Shown here: in pieces, positions 1 through 12,860 of the stretch
How the letters are laid out: the number at the start of each line of letters is the position of its first letter
Numbering within the stretch: the first letter of the stretch is position 1
Source of the DNA: Chrysemys picta bellii
Taxonomy: Eukaryota
Length of the DNA stretch: 64,000 bases
Direction of reading: 5' to 3'
Assembly: GCF_011386835.1 (NCBI RefSeq)
Contig: NC_088792.1
Coordinates: forward strand, 36,890,001 to 36,954,000
Program-made: the position numbers and the translations under genes
The notes under the pieces: model-generated
What the model was told of the DNA's origin: nothing
Seen by the model: the letters and a program-made list of their open reading frames with translations, nothing else
The model's database searches: none

Positions 1-1067
1 TTTTGTTTTGTTTTAAATGGTAGGAGTGTAAAAAAAAAAAAAAAAAAATTTGATTGGATGTAATCTAAATATCTTCCAGGGAACCAGTAAGTATGAGCTA
101 ATATGTTAACTTTTAAATCCAGTGATACTTAATGGCAGTGGCTTTTTTCTTAAAGGGGCTAATCATTCGATTTATGAGGATACCTTCAGGAAAAGTTGTG
201 GCAGTTAAGTTTTGTGTGTGTCGTTCTGATGCTGGTTCCATCCGTTTACTCCTCTAACACCTTTAGCCCTCCTTTTGATGAGATGTATACAGTTTATAAA
301 TTGTTTCACCACTCTCATGGTGCTTTAGTTCCATTATTAGTTTTCCCCTTCTGTGCTGGAACACTAATGTATAAAGAGCACAGCAGCAATATATTGAGTA
401 AACATAATAGCACAAACAAAACCACAAATATTACCCTAAATCTACTCTAAATGCATTAATAGCAGAAGACAAACACTTCACGCTTACACATAGATGTCTC
501 TCATAATCCAGCCCTTCTAACTATTACCCAGATTCTCAGAATTTCTTCACAATGAAAGTTTCACTCCTTACTGGGGCTTTACAGAGTATAGACACCCCCC
601 ATTTTTCATTCTCTGGAGATTCCATCATCAGCTGCAGAACTCAAAAGGTCATCTATTCTGGTTGCATTACACCTCCAACTACCTTACTTCGAAAGGTTCA
701 AAACTGCAATCTCCTCTTGGGACCTAGCCCAAAAGGTAACACAAATTCAGCCTTGTGGATTACTTTGGCAACTTGTAGATGTCATCTTTGACGTGTCCAA
801 GGGCTACTGACTGTAACTTTGTCAGAAAGGTATTCTAGCTTGTGTTTAAATAAAACCACTGAGGTTGGATTCAGGAAAAGATCATTAAGCTATTTTCCAG
901 CTGGTGTCCCATCAATGAGAATGTATTATCTCAGCATTTGAAATAAATGGCAGCATAGTACAATTTGCTGTTCCTCACAAAACTGACTGCATTGTACTTT
1001 TTGAGAGAGAAGAGCAATTTATTTATTTGTAATATGGCTTAATCTTGTTTTCTTCTTTAAATTAAAG

Positions 1068-2125
1068 GACTTCGACTTTCAGAAAGCATTTGACAAAGTC
1101 TCTCACCAAAGATTCTTAGGCAAAGTAAGCTGTCATGGGAGAAGAGGGAAGGTCCTCTCATGGATCAGTAACTGGTTTAAAAGATAGGAAACAAAGGATA
1201 GGAATAAATGGTCAGTTTCCAGAATGGTAACTAGTGGTGTCCCCCAGGTATCTGTACTGGGACCAGTGCTGTTTACCCTTTTTTCCAGATCATTTATAAA
1301 TATGCTAATCAGTGAGATGGCAAAATTTACAGACTATACAAAATTATTCAAGAGAGTTAAGTCCAAAGCAGAATACAAAGAGTTACGAAGGGATCGCTCA
1401 AAACTGGGTGATGAAATTCAGTGTTGATAAATGCAGAGTAATGCACAATGGAGAAAACAATCCCAACTATACGTACAAAACGATGGATCTAAATTAGCCG
1501 TTACCAATCAAGAAAAAGATTGTGGAGTCATTGTGAATAGTTCTCTGAAAAAAATCTGCCCAATATGCAGCGGCGGTCAAAAAGCTAACAATGTTGGGAA
1601 CAATTAGGAAAGTGACAGAAAAGCCAGAAAATATAATAATGCCACTCTATAAATTCATGGTATGCCCATATGATGATGGAGGACATGACAGAAGTCTATA
1701 AAATTATGAATATGTGGAAGAGGTGGTGTTTATTCATTCACATAATTTCACAGCCAATGAAATTAATAGGCAGCAGGTTTAAAACAAAAAAAAGGCAGTA
1801 CTACTTCACACAACATACAATCAACCTGTGGAACTCATTGCCAGGGGATGTTGTGAAGGCCAAAAGTACAACGGGGTACAAAAAACAAACAGGTAAGTTT
1901 ATGGATGTCAGGTCCGTCAATGCTTATGGATGCAACCCCCGTGCTCTGGGCATCCCTAACCTATGACTGCCAAAAGCTAGGAGTGGACAACAGCTGATGG
2001 ATCACTTGATGACTGCCTGTTCTGTTCATTCCTTCTGAAGCACCTGGCATTGGCCACTGTCCAAAGACAGGATACTGGGCTAGATGGACCATTGGTCTGA
2101 CCCAGTATGGCCGTTCTTATGTTCT
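1068..2125 (+). mobile_element. CR1 LINE, 5'-truncated (RT C-terminus and 3' UTR), degenerate, with an internal micro-inversion
   Basis: [34 protein letters not shown] motifs; 3' end ggccgttcttatgttct. Confidence 0.92.
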
Positions 2126-2600
2126 GATGATGTGCAATTTAATCCTTTCCGAAACTGAAAATAATGGAGTTTTTAATTTGAATTTTGGTACTGTATTTTG
2201 GACCTGGGTCATGGTGAGCCGAGGTGCTTCTTTTGTCAAGTTAACTATTGTCCCAAATGGTCCTGTATGTAGGGTGGGAAGGAGAAAACCAAGTAATTAC
2301 CAGCTGAATGTATTCAGATCTTAAAAATATACATCTAGCTTTACATACTTAATTATACCAAAAAGCAATAAATTATTGTTCTCAGCCCCAAAACAGCTTT
2401 CAAAATTCAAAGACCCTTGAACACATCCTATTTTTTTTTTTTTTTTAATTTTCACATGTTTTGAGATCAAATTTCTCTTTTAATGAACTGGCACTCACTT
2501 CCTGATTGAGAACAAGGAGTGGGAATAAGGACTCCCCAAAATAACAATTCTGCTGCTGAATTCTCTTCTGCTGGTGGTGGTCAGACTCCCAGCTGTTACT

Positions 2601-3070
2601 CTCATAGTCGTAGAGTTTAAGGCTAGAAGGGAGGTAATCTAGTCTGACCTCCTTTATATCACTGACCAGCAATGCCACCCAGCACCTGCACACTAAACCC
2701 AACAACCAAAATATTGCAGCCCACAGGAAGTTAAACTGTTATGTGCCATGGGCAGAGAATAGGTGGGATCAAGATGCATCAGTGCCAGGGCATTAAATGA
2801 GAGAGACCCAGATAATACCAGCAAGTCACCTGCATGCTGTGATGCAGAGGAAGGTGAAGAAAACATCCCAAGGTTTCTCTGCCAATCTGACCTGGGGGAA
2901 ATTCCTTCACAATAGCACATATGGTGATTTTAAACGAAGGCCATGGGAGCAAGAACCAGTCAGCTAAGCACCTGCGAGAGAATGCTTGGTGCCACCTCAG
3001 AGCTTTAGAATGCACAGTCCAGTGTTCCAATACCAGCCGTTTCCATCTCTGATGCTTCAGAGGAAGGAGA
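2601..3070 (-). mobile_element. CR1 LINE 3' UTR fragment
   Basis: tcatag...agagtttaaggctagaaggga...atctagtctgacctcc is the reverse complement of a CR1 3' end. Confidence 0.75.
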
Positions 3071-3796
3071 CTTAACCAATGTATTCTTTGGTTGTTGTTT
3101 TTTATGTGAAACTGAGGAAAGAGATTTCCACTTCTCCAATGTGCTTTTACTAAGGCTGTAGCTACAGTAAGAGGGTCAAATCCAAGGAAAAAAATTTTGG
3201 GTTGTGGAAGAGGAGCACTAGGGTATCAGATGACCTGGAGGTTGTCAATGTCATTGAGAGAGGGCCAACAAAGAAGTCAATAATTTCAAACTGCAATGGT
3301 GTTTTTTTGTGATGCAGACATGTCCACGAGGAAGTGAACCTAATCTGTCCGTTTATTTCACAGACCTCTATTATTGGATCGTAACTTGTCTTCAGTCACT
3401 ACCCACCTGGTGCTGAAAGTCTGTGTCCCTTTACTAATTACCTGAACCATGTAGTTTCCCTCAAACTAATGGATCCATGTTGGTCTTCCATGGCATTTTA
3501 TCATCCTTTCAAACAATGAATTGTTTTGTAATCAAGTATGTTTAAATAGGAGTTGTATTTTGACAGTACTCTTGGGATGGTTGGTTAACTGAGGCTTTCA
3601 GCTTTTGAGTTGAAGCAAATATTTATTTCCCACAGAAGTTAATGTAAAGCTTTACCAGTAAACTCTTGGGGATGGGAGATGTTGCAGGTATTATGCTCAA
3701 GGAATGAGGAGATGAAGAGGATAGAAATGTATAGTATTAACTTTCTCAGTAAACCCTGTTTTATGGCATTGAGGAACGATGTTTAGAAAATACAAT

Positions 3797-4161
3797 TCAT
3801 AGAATATCAGGGTTGGAAGGGACCTCAGGAGGTCATCTAGTCCAACCCCCTGCTCAAAGCAGGACCAATTCCCAACTAAATCATCCCAGCCAGGGCTTTG
3901 TCAAGCCTGACCTTAAAAACCTCTAAGGAAGGAGATTCCACCACCTCCCTAGGTAACCCATTCCAGTGCTTCACCACCCTCCTAATGAAAAAGTTTTTCC
4001 TAATATCCAACCTAAACCTCCCCCACTGCAACTTGAGACCATTACTCCTTGTTCTGTCATCTGGTACCACTGAGAACTGTCTAGATCCATCCTCTTTGGC
4101 ACCCCCTTTCAGGTAGTTGAAAGCAGCTATCAAATCCCCCCTCATTCTTCTCTTCTGCAGA
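3797..4161 (-). mobile_element. CR1 LINE 3' end, relatively young
   Basis: ORF 3876..4145 ([14 protein letters not shown]...[10 protein letters not shown]...[18 protein letters not shown]) intact; 3' end ttctatga. Confidence 0.95.
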
Positions 4162-4649
4162 CAATTGCCGGCAGATAAATGTCCAATTTAAAGTGACATT
4201 TATTTGCAGTAAAAAAAAATTCCTTACACTGATGATAATTTAAATGAAATTTCTTGGGTTTAAGATTTTAAATATTTAAACAAGAATTTTCCCAGTATTC
4301 ACCATTGGAAGGAGAGAGGGTAGGTCAGTGTGTTGTTTTCATAGGATACTGTACATCAGTAATATGTTGGGGTTTTTTCATTTAAATGAACTCCCTTCAG
4401 CTGTATTCTTGGCACAAATGTGGTCTTGGCACAAATAAACTAAACAAAGATGCTGCAATATGAGTGACAAGCTGCATCCCTGTTTTAAAGAAGAACTGTC
4501 TGATATAGTGCTCCCCTGTTTATGCAGAATGGTGAAGGGCAAGAGCACAATTAAATGGATTAGTAAAAAAATGAAATATTAAGAAAATGCAACTGACTGG
4601 GGAGGGAAGAAGCCATGCCAATGGCTCAGTTCTCCAAGATGCTGATCAC

Positions 4650-4795
4650 GTGGGTACCTGATCAAGCAAAGCACTTAAACATGTCCTTAACTTAAAGTGT
4701 GCAGGTGGTCCCATTGAAATAATTCAGACTTTTCATTTGCTTAAAGTTAAGTATGTGCTCAAATGTGTCTGTGGATTGGGGCCAATGGGCGCAAG
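4650..4795. repeat. Old palindromic, MITE-like interspersed repeat
   Basis: arms gcacttaaacatgtccttaacttaaag / cttaaagttaagtatgtgctcaaatg form an imperfect hairpin. Confidence 0.45.
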
Positions 4796-5313
4796 TTCTC
4801 AGTATACAAAGTTTACCCTGATAATCTTTTAAATCACTTATCCCAGCATATTGTTTTAGTTGTTTCTGAAATGGAGCTGTGTGTTTTAATTAAAACTTGA
4901 CCACGTGTGGTGGCTGCAGGTAATAACCCTGGAAAGAAAAAGAAAAATTGAGTTTGTATTTTAGTTGTTCTAATGCTAAATGGCATAAAAATGTAGTGAA
5001 AATTGCAAAAATCAATGAACATCTTATGTTAATTATTTAGTGTAACATGAGTTGATAAAATATTTCTTATTTACTTAAAATAGGATGAAATAATTGTTTA
5101 TTATTAGAGATCCATTGTGCTAAGTGCTTTACAAATACAGTCTCTGTCCTGAAAAGTTTTGCATACAAATATACAAACAAAAACAGACCGAGGATGAGGG
5201 AGAGGGATAGAATTATACAGTGTTTTATGAGGTAGATTATTCTTACTCAATTTGTTAAAAACAGAGTTTTTCTTCTAAATAATGGCTGCATTTCCCTTTA
5301 TCTTATAAGTTAA

Positions 5314-5640
5314 TTCATTGCACCGCGACCCTCTTCTGACAAAAAAAAATTACTACATGACCCCAGGAGGGGGTACCGAAGCCTGAGACCACCTGTGCCC
5401 CACCACCCCATGTGTTTGTGGTGGGCGGGGGGAGGCAAAGCCCAAGGGCTTCAGCCCCAGACAGGGGGCCTGGAACCTGAGCCACACTGCCCAGGGTTGA
5501 AATACTTGGGCTTCAGTCCTGCGTGGTCAGGCTCACACTTCGACCCTGGGCTCCAGCAAGTCTAAGTCGGCCCTGGCAACCCCATTAAAATGAGGTTGTG
5601 ACCCACTTTGGAGTCCCAACCCATAGTTTGAGAACCGCTG
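5314..5640. mobile_element. hAT-type MITE missing one TIR; same family as 63640..63971, opposite orientation
   Basis: ends gagaaccgctg; shares aattactacatgaccccaggag and gcccaagggcttcagcccc with the 63.6-kb copy. Confidence 0.8.
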
Positions 5641-7668
5641 AAGTAGAGCAACAGATTTACAGGATAAGTATAATTATAGTTCTATAGCATGCTTTCATAG
5701 AACTCCATCAGATTTGTATGGGAAGTAGAAATGTATACAAAGTTGCAATGCAGTGCTTTTTGATAATTAAAAAGAGAAACTTTGTGGGTGCTGAGCTTTC
5801 TAAACACTCAATGCATTCCTAAGTGTTTGGCAGCTCTTGTCATTAGGGACTTAAATGGGGTAGTGCTTTTAAAAAGTCAAAAGGTCGCTACCGTAATTTA
5901 AGCAAAACCATAGTGGCTCATTTTTCGTAAACATATCTTTCAGTGCAACAGGTTTGACAGAGTATATTAGTCTTTCGCATATTAAACCACTAAGAGGAAC
6001 TAAAAGACTGAAAAGAATATGCAAATTTTTCCAATATATTTTCAACTGTATGCAAATAGGTATGAGTGGCAGAAAATGTATATTAATGCATGTAAGATTC
6101 TGATTTAATTCTTGAACCTGTTTTTAAAATTGGTCATTGACTGGCTGATTAAAACAGTTCAAAAATTCTCAGACTGAATAATAGTTTTACCAGTATCTCA
6201 TCATTCATTTCCTCAGCTTATAGTATTATCGGGACAGTAATAAAATGCAGTGCTTTCACTTCCTTAAATGTTGCAATATTTCTGTGCAGGCCCGTAACTG
6301 GGTTTATAAAAGGAAGAATTTAATTAATACAAATGTGGAAACTCCTCACTCTGTTTTTTTTTTCCCCACTGAAAATGAAGCTTGGACTGAATTAGCTCAT
6401 TAGGGAATTCTGCCAATCCCTCAGAGCCCTTTTTAACCAACTCTCCTTTCCTCACAATAGTGAGCCTGCTCTGCACAGATATTAAGAAGCTGTGATCATA
6501 AATACATACTTGTTTTTTAAAATATATTATATACACAAAGGTATCAGTCCTATTTTGAGCATCATTAGACAATTAGTTATCTTCTGAAGCATATTGTTAA
6601 TAGTTCGACATCCAGGTTTGTCAGTACATAATTATTACATTTCCAGTCATTTGTAATTTGAGGCATCTCCAGATTTTATCAGTTTAGATCTTAGCATTTC
6701 CCCCCCCCCCCCCCCCCCAAGTTAATGAAGCATAGTTGGTAGTGGACATATTTTACAAAGATGCAAACTCCAGCAGAGTTTATAACTTAGGTCTTATGGA
6801 AAACGTTAACATTAGCTTAGTCCAGGAGGAGAACTATTTTGTTTTTTTACCTTACAAACTAACAAAATTCTCCCTGGTCTTAATTATTTTGCATGGTATT
6901 AGTCTTATTTCATTTGCATGTTTCTGGGTGTCCCTCTTCCTCCCCATTTCTTTTTAAATTTGATTGGGAGCCTGTCAGGATCATAAATAGCCACTTATAT
7001 AAAAGTGTAGAAATAGAGTTTTTATATTCTGCTATAGGGGAAAAAATATAGATTTAAAAAAACTATCAGGGTGCAGCCTGTAATGGAAACACAGCTTGCT
7101 CCTGTTTTGTGAGTGGTTTCATTTTTTTCACCCATCACATGAGGAGGATGTTTCTGCGGAATCATCCCTCTAATTTCAGACCTATAGTGTGAAAGCAGCT
7201 GCAATCAGCTGACAGCTTGTGGTTCTGTTCAGATATATGTGGGGAAGGGGTGCACTGTTTCAAATGCATAATGAAGATCTCATTTCGTCATCTGGAAGCA
7301 GGGATGGTAGCAGCTCAGGGGAAATGACAGTAATGTTGCTCTAGTGGAAGGGAAGCCTTGTTACACATAACCAGAGCACTCTGCATGCAGCAGTAAAGAT
7401 GCACCAAGACAAAATGGCACAAATGTATTTCGCGTTCCGGAACGGGTAGAGAATAAATGCAAGAAGCAGGTAGACGCAGATGGACATGTCCGCAAAGAAC
7501 CTGAAGTTATTTTTTTATACTCCACTGCCCTTAACCTCTGTTGGTACCTTCCAGAGAAATTGGTATTAGATGTATTTTTAGCTTGCTGTATCCAGAATCA
7601 GTATGACAACATAATTCTGCCTTTACATCTATAAGCAGCTTTTACTATGTTTTCCTATTTTCTGCCAG

Positions 7669-7698
7669 CTGCAGTTTACAAAGGATGTCACAGCACTG
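7669..7698 (+). CDS. ARHGAP21: ARHGAP21 30-nt exon (LQFTKDVTAL)
   Basis: ttttctgccag|CTGCAG...GCACTG|gtaaga; phase 0/0; peptide precedes [10 protein letters not shown] as in the recalled ARHGAP21 sequence. Confidence 0.92.
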
Positions 7699-9222
7699 GT
7701 AAGAAATGTACACAGTAGCCATTTCTCAGATTTTTGTAAGGCATGTTTTTCTTAAGATTTATAAGAAGCCAGAATATTAAAACCTGCAAGATGCTGGAAA
7801 TGAGCTCGATATGCTGATCAGCTAAATTCCTTTCATAGCGTATAACCCTGTTAATTTGTAGAGTATGCCTGTGTTACCTTGTTGATTTCTTTTCAGTTTG
7901 CTTTAATATTCTGCATTTAACTAATGCTCAACATAATGTTTTTTGCAGCAGTGTTTTAAGTGCCTCGCCCTCACCCTCAGTACTTTGCTCTCAGTCTTAC
8001 GTTTATGGCTGCACTTGGGCTTTTACAACCTGTCTAATGCTAAGACAAGGCACGAATTGAGCATGTTATGATTTGAGCAGGAAATGCTGTAATATGATAC
8101 CACACCTAAACTATATAAAAGATGTGGGAGATCATTTTAGTCATTTACTGCATTGGCAAGATTGGAATTGTCAGCTCTCTATTTCATCACATTTTAACTA
8201 AACCAAGTAATGCTAAAGTTTTAAAATAACGTAGTAGTGTTTAAATGATGCTTGACTTTGATTTTCTATATATGCTGTTTTGCAATGATTACAGAAATGT
8301 CTCTTGATGCAAAAAAGAGACTGATGAAACGTGCAAAATGTAATCTAACCATTTTTCTTAGGAGTCAGGCTCTTAAACACAAGGTAAGATGTGAATTATT
8401 AAACATACAGAGTAAATTAATTTGAAATTTTAGTTTTGCATTTTACTGTAAAATAGACAATAGATACGCATGTATTTTCATATTTATATCTGTCAATTTA
8501 AGCAACTAATTTTATTATAGTGTCATTTATTGAATGTCTTCTATAAGATGTAAGGTTATTTAAAGGGTGGTGGGTGTTGGCTGGCAACAAAGATGTTATC
8601 AGTCACTCTAATTTATTCATTTTACATTTTAGCAACAGTGCCTTTTACATATGAGAATCTATATTTCAGGGAGAAGGGTATACAAATGCTATCTAATCTT
8701 TTATATGGCAAGACAACAGAGAATATTCTAGTGCTGGTTAAATTTATTATGCAGCCATTTAACCTGTCGATTGCTGTGAAATCTTAGCTCCCAGCATCAA
8801 GAGGCTTAAAAGGAATATTTGAAGTAGTATGGTTGGAGGAAATGGGGGGTGCGGGGGGAATAATCCTTGTGCTCACAAATCTTGGGAAATATGTCTTATT
8901 TACCTGCATTAATTTCAAGAAATTCTAATTCATTTGGTTTCTAAAGTGGTGATGTTGGGGTTTTTTTTAGCTTTTTCTTTTCTGTAGTGACTTCACACGT
9001 TAAATTTCCAAACTGCAAGGGAGCATTAAGGGAAGAAATGTACTATTTTTATACATTTTTAAGTGTCCTATTATTTAAGATCAAATGTAGTATGAATTTA
9101 ATATCTAAGCTGCCTTCTCTCTAGGGACTTCATCCTGCAGTTGCAGGAGAATGGACTCAGTGTGGTGATCTTTCCATCTCTGTTTTCTGTGAATTAACAC
9201 TTTTTTAATTGTCCATCCACAG

Positions 9223-11155
9223 GCATATTCCCAAGATGCCTACCTGAAAGGCAATGAAGCCTATAGTGGAAATGCTCACAACATTCCTGAACCACCACCA
9301 ATATGTTATCCTCGACTAACATCCACACCTTCTGTCATGGCACAGTCTGTGGACATACCGCCTTCTGACTCTTCATTGGGCAAGCAGCAAGCCAGTAGAC
9401 CAGTACGGACATTGATGCAGCCAGACAGGGCCTATAGAATGGAAATACAAGTGCCTCCATCGCCAACAGATATTGCAAAATCAAATACAGCTGTGTGTGT
9501 TTGCAATGAAACCATAAGGACTGTTGTTGTGCCTTCTGAGAAGGCTGTAGATTTGCCATCCTGTAGAACTAATCATGCCGGTCCATCACACAGGACGGAG
9601 GAAGTGAGGTATGGCTTAAGGGATCAAACCACTTTAAAAACAAAAGCATGGACCACATCACCACCATCTTCAGCGTCCACTGCCATTGTACTTCCTCAGA
9701 CTCCAATTACCAGGCCAGTAGATCCCACTGGAATGATAAGTAAATCGGGAAATTATGGAGGACATCCAGAAGGGATCTCAAGCACTAGACCTCCTGCAGG
9801 TTCTCCCCCAACCTCTACTAATCACTATACTTCTCCAAACTCCCACCAGCACATAGACTGGAAAAACTACAAAACCTACAAAGAGTACATTGATAACAGA
9901 CGTTTGCACATGTATGGCTGCCGAACAATACAGGAAAGATTGGATAGTTTGAGAGCGGCCTCTCAGAACTCAACTGATTATGTGGTGCCAAATCGCACTA
10001 TTTCACAGGTACGACGCAGAAGCACCTCTCATGATAGGGTTCCACAGTCTGTTCAGATCCGACAACGGAGCGTGTCCCAGGAAAGACTTGAAGATCCAGT
10101 GCTGATGAAAGAGTGGCCAAGAAGTGCTTCACAGGATGCATTAACTTCGCCATCTATTAGTTCCAGGAACCACAGAACTCAGTCGTGGGATTACCTTGGC
10201 AAGCAGGGTGAAACAGAAAATTTTTGTGCTGAGAATCTTGTTACAGATTCAAATGGAGACAGAAAAAAGACTTACAAGTGGACTGGATTTACTGAGCAAG
10301 ATGATCGGCGAGGTATTTATGAAAGATCTAGACAGCATGCATTTCACATGTCCCTTCGAGGTCCACATTTTTCAGTGGCTCCAGGTGCTTATAATTCAGA
10401 CAGGCGAAAAAGCAATAGAGCCTCTATGTCTGCTTCTCAGCTCCAGAAAGTTCCATCAGATGTAAAAACACTGCAGCCTACTAGGGATTTTCAAATAGCT
10501 GGTGGAGTTTCAAAGCCTACAACCACCTCACAAGAGAGAGCATCTCTTGCGACAGACAGAAGTTCTAAAAGTAACTTTTTGAGGACCTCTGTTCCCTATG
10601 CAGAAAAATCTTCACTTCCCATTAACCAGAGTCTGGATATTGTGGCCAAAGACCAAAAAGCAGTAAATCACTTGCATCCGAGTGGTCTGTTAAATCATCA
10701 ATCAAAAAACCGAGGAGAAAATGCCCCAGACCACAAAACAGAAATTGGCAGGAGCATCCAACCCCCCACTTCGACTGCAGCTTCTGCCAAACTTGTCCAA
10801 CAGATGAGCGAGAGCTCAGCTACCTCTGATAACTTAGATGTTTCCATTAGACAAAAGATTCAAGATTTTGAAAAGGAAAATACACAAGAGCCTGAAATTC
10901 AGCAGCCAGATGTTCTGGAAAATGACACAGACGCCGTTGTCTTGCGGGAAAAATCTCCGTCTGGTCACCAGACTCCACAGCCTTTGAGACACCAGTCCTA
11001 CATCCTAGCAGTAAATGACCAGGAGGCTGTCTCAGACACTACCTGTTGGTTACCTAATGATGCACGTAGAGAGGTGCATATAAAAAGGATTGAAGAAAGG
11101 AAAGCATCAGGTTCCAGCCCACCTGGTGATTCCTTGGCATCCATTCCATTTATAG
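9223..11155 (+). CDS. ARHGAP21: ARHGAP21 large internal exon (1933 nt; AYSQDA...SLASIPFI)
   Basis: ccacag|GCATAT; ATAG|gtgagc; contains ORF 9337..11187; phase 0/1. Confidence 0.97.
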
Positions 11156-12483
11156 GTGAGCTAAACAGATTAATTGTATCAGTGTAATATATATAAAATA
11201 TGTTGTTTTACTACTTTGTCTCTAATTTAGAGTTTAAATCAAGAGAATAGCATTCAGGTGGCTAACTAGCATTCAATTAAACCTTCCCTCTGTGTGGATC
11301 TTTTCCAACACCACTTATCCAAATAGACATTAGGATGGTAAACACTGGAGTATTTTTCAGAAGAGGAAAAATATTTCATTCGTTGTATGCTGTATAGTAT
11401 GTCTAGGAAAACCCATTGTGATTCAAAATGTTTCTCTAGAGATTTCTTCAATTCCTTACACAACTCCCAAAATTATATATTCTCTTCTGGTTTTTACTCC
11501 ATGATCTGATCTGATCTTATTTGCAGCGGAGCATTGTGCATGTGATTGTTTCTTATTCATTAGAAATAATTCAGCAGAATCAGTGTTTATAACGCTTTTC
11601 AAAACACTGTTAAATATAAGGTTACTGAGTGATGCAAGGGAGTATCAGATGTATTGTCATGCAGCCCTCTTGACCATGCGTCCATGGCAACCATTTTGTC
11701 TAGAACTAATAGATATGCTTCCCAACCAAGTTGGGAGTCACTTCATGATATCTAACATGAAATAGTGAAGAGAATTTTTGTGTTTTGGAGGGCCAAGGTC
11801 TCTCAAAGAATACATATTATTTTCATGTTTAGCTTTAGCTGTCCTAACAGAGCAATTTTCTCTATGAATGGACAGGTGGCTTTCATATTGTCAAATTCAT
11901 ATAGAAAGTATATAAGCTGTTGGTACATCCTCACCATTAATTATTGCACAACCCCACATTTCTTCTTAGTGCATTAGCATAAGACAATAAGGCATATAAC
12001 CAATAAACATTTATTTTGTGCAGGTGTAGTATATTTTGTATCTCAAAAGCTTAGTGCTCTTCTACTATTAAAGGTCTTAGTTTGTCACATATGCAAGTTT
12101 TACATGAAGTCTGACTTGGATATATTAAGAGGTTCTGTATGGTTTCATACATAGATTACATATATCTTGTTTGAGTGGTTCTCAATTCTCTAACCGCATG
12201 CAATTTAAATGTCATATTGTAACAGGCAAATAATGCCACATTATGATAAGATTGTGTAAAAAGGGTTGGGTTTAATTTAAACAAAAAAGATTTCCCATGA
12301 ACTTGGGACAAATGTGGCTTACTTCCAGATTTTAAACAGGTATAAAAATTAAAGTCCAAAGGAGCTTTAAATTATGACAGAGGTATTTCATTTTGGTAAT
12401 GGCCCTGCAAGTTAGAAGAAAGAGTTGAAAATTTTTTTTGTCTGCTGTCTCATAACACCATGTACTGTGATCCTGTGAGGTTT

Positions 12484-12860
12484 TCATAAGCTATGCAGCT
12501 GTCTCTTGGATGTGAGACCTCCAAAGAACATGAGGAAGTGATGCTGTTGATTCAGTAGGAATACACGCCCTTGAGTCACCTAATTATTAAGCATGATACT
12601 AGGAATCCATATGTTGCTTTAAATGAAGGCTTTTGGAGACTATTTTATACTGAGGCCCCAGCTACTTGTGTTCATTAAAGATCAAATGGCACTTTTTAAA
12701 AGAGTAGAGTTACTAATAATGTGACTTGAATAATTAACATTCTGTCAACACTTGAAGTTGCAGGTGGGTACAGTATTTTTCACTTTGGGTGTTAAACCAT
12801 TGTGTGGTGGTGCTACATTTGGCCCCAATCGTGACTGTATTTCAATGGATGAAGAGTTCC
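12484..12860 (+). mobile_element. Ancient 5S-derived Deu-domain SINE (AmnSINE-like), degenerate
   Basis: 5S-like head (cataagctatgcag...cttggatgtgagacctcc), then gtgatgctgttgattcagtagg and cttgtgttcattaaagatcaaatggcacttttt; family call from recall. Confidence 0.6.

Noticed and set aside
80-86. Possible 7-nt microexon ttccag|GGAACCA|gtaagt
   Set aside because: Not frame-preserving, no partner exon restores the frame, and upstream context is cut by the window edge.
11156-11187. ORF extension [10 protein letters not shown] past the large exon (possible intronic-polyadenylation isoform)
   Set aside because: A strong donor at 11156 explains it, and there is no nearby canonical poly(A) signal (first AATAAA at about 12002).
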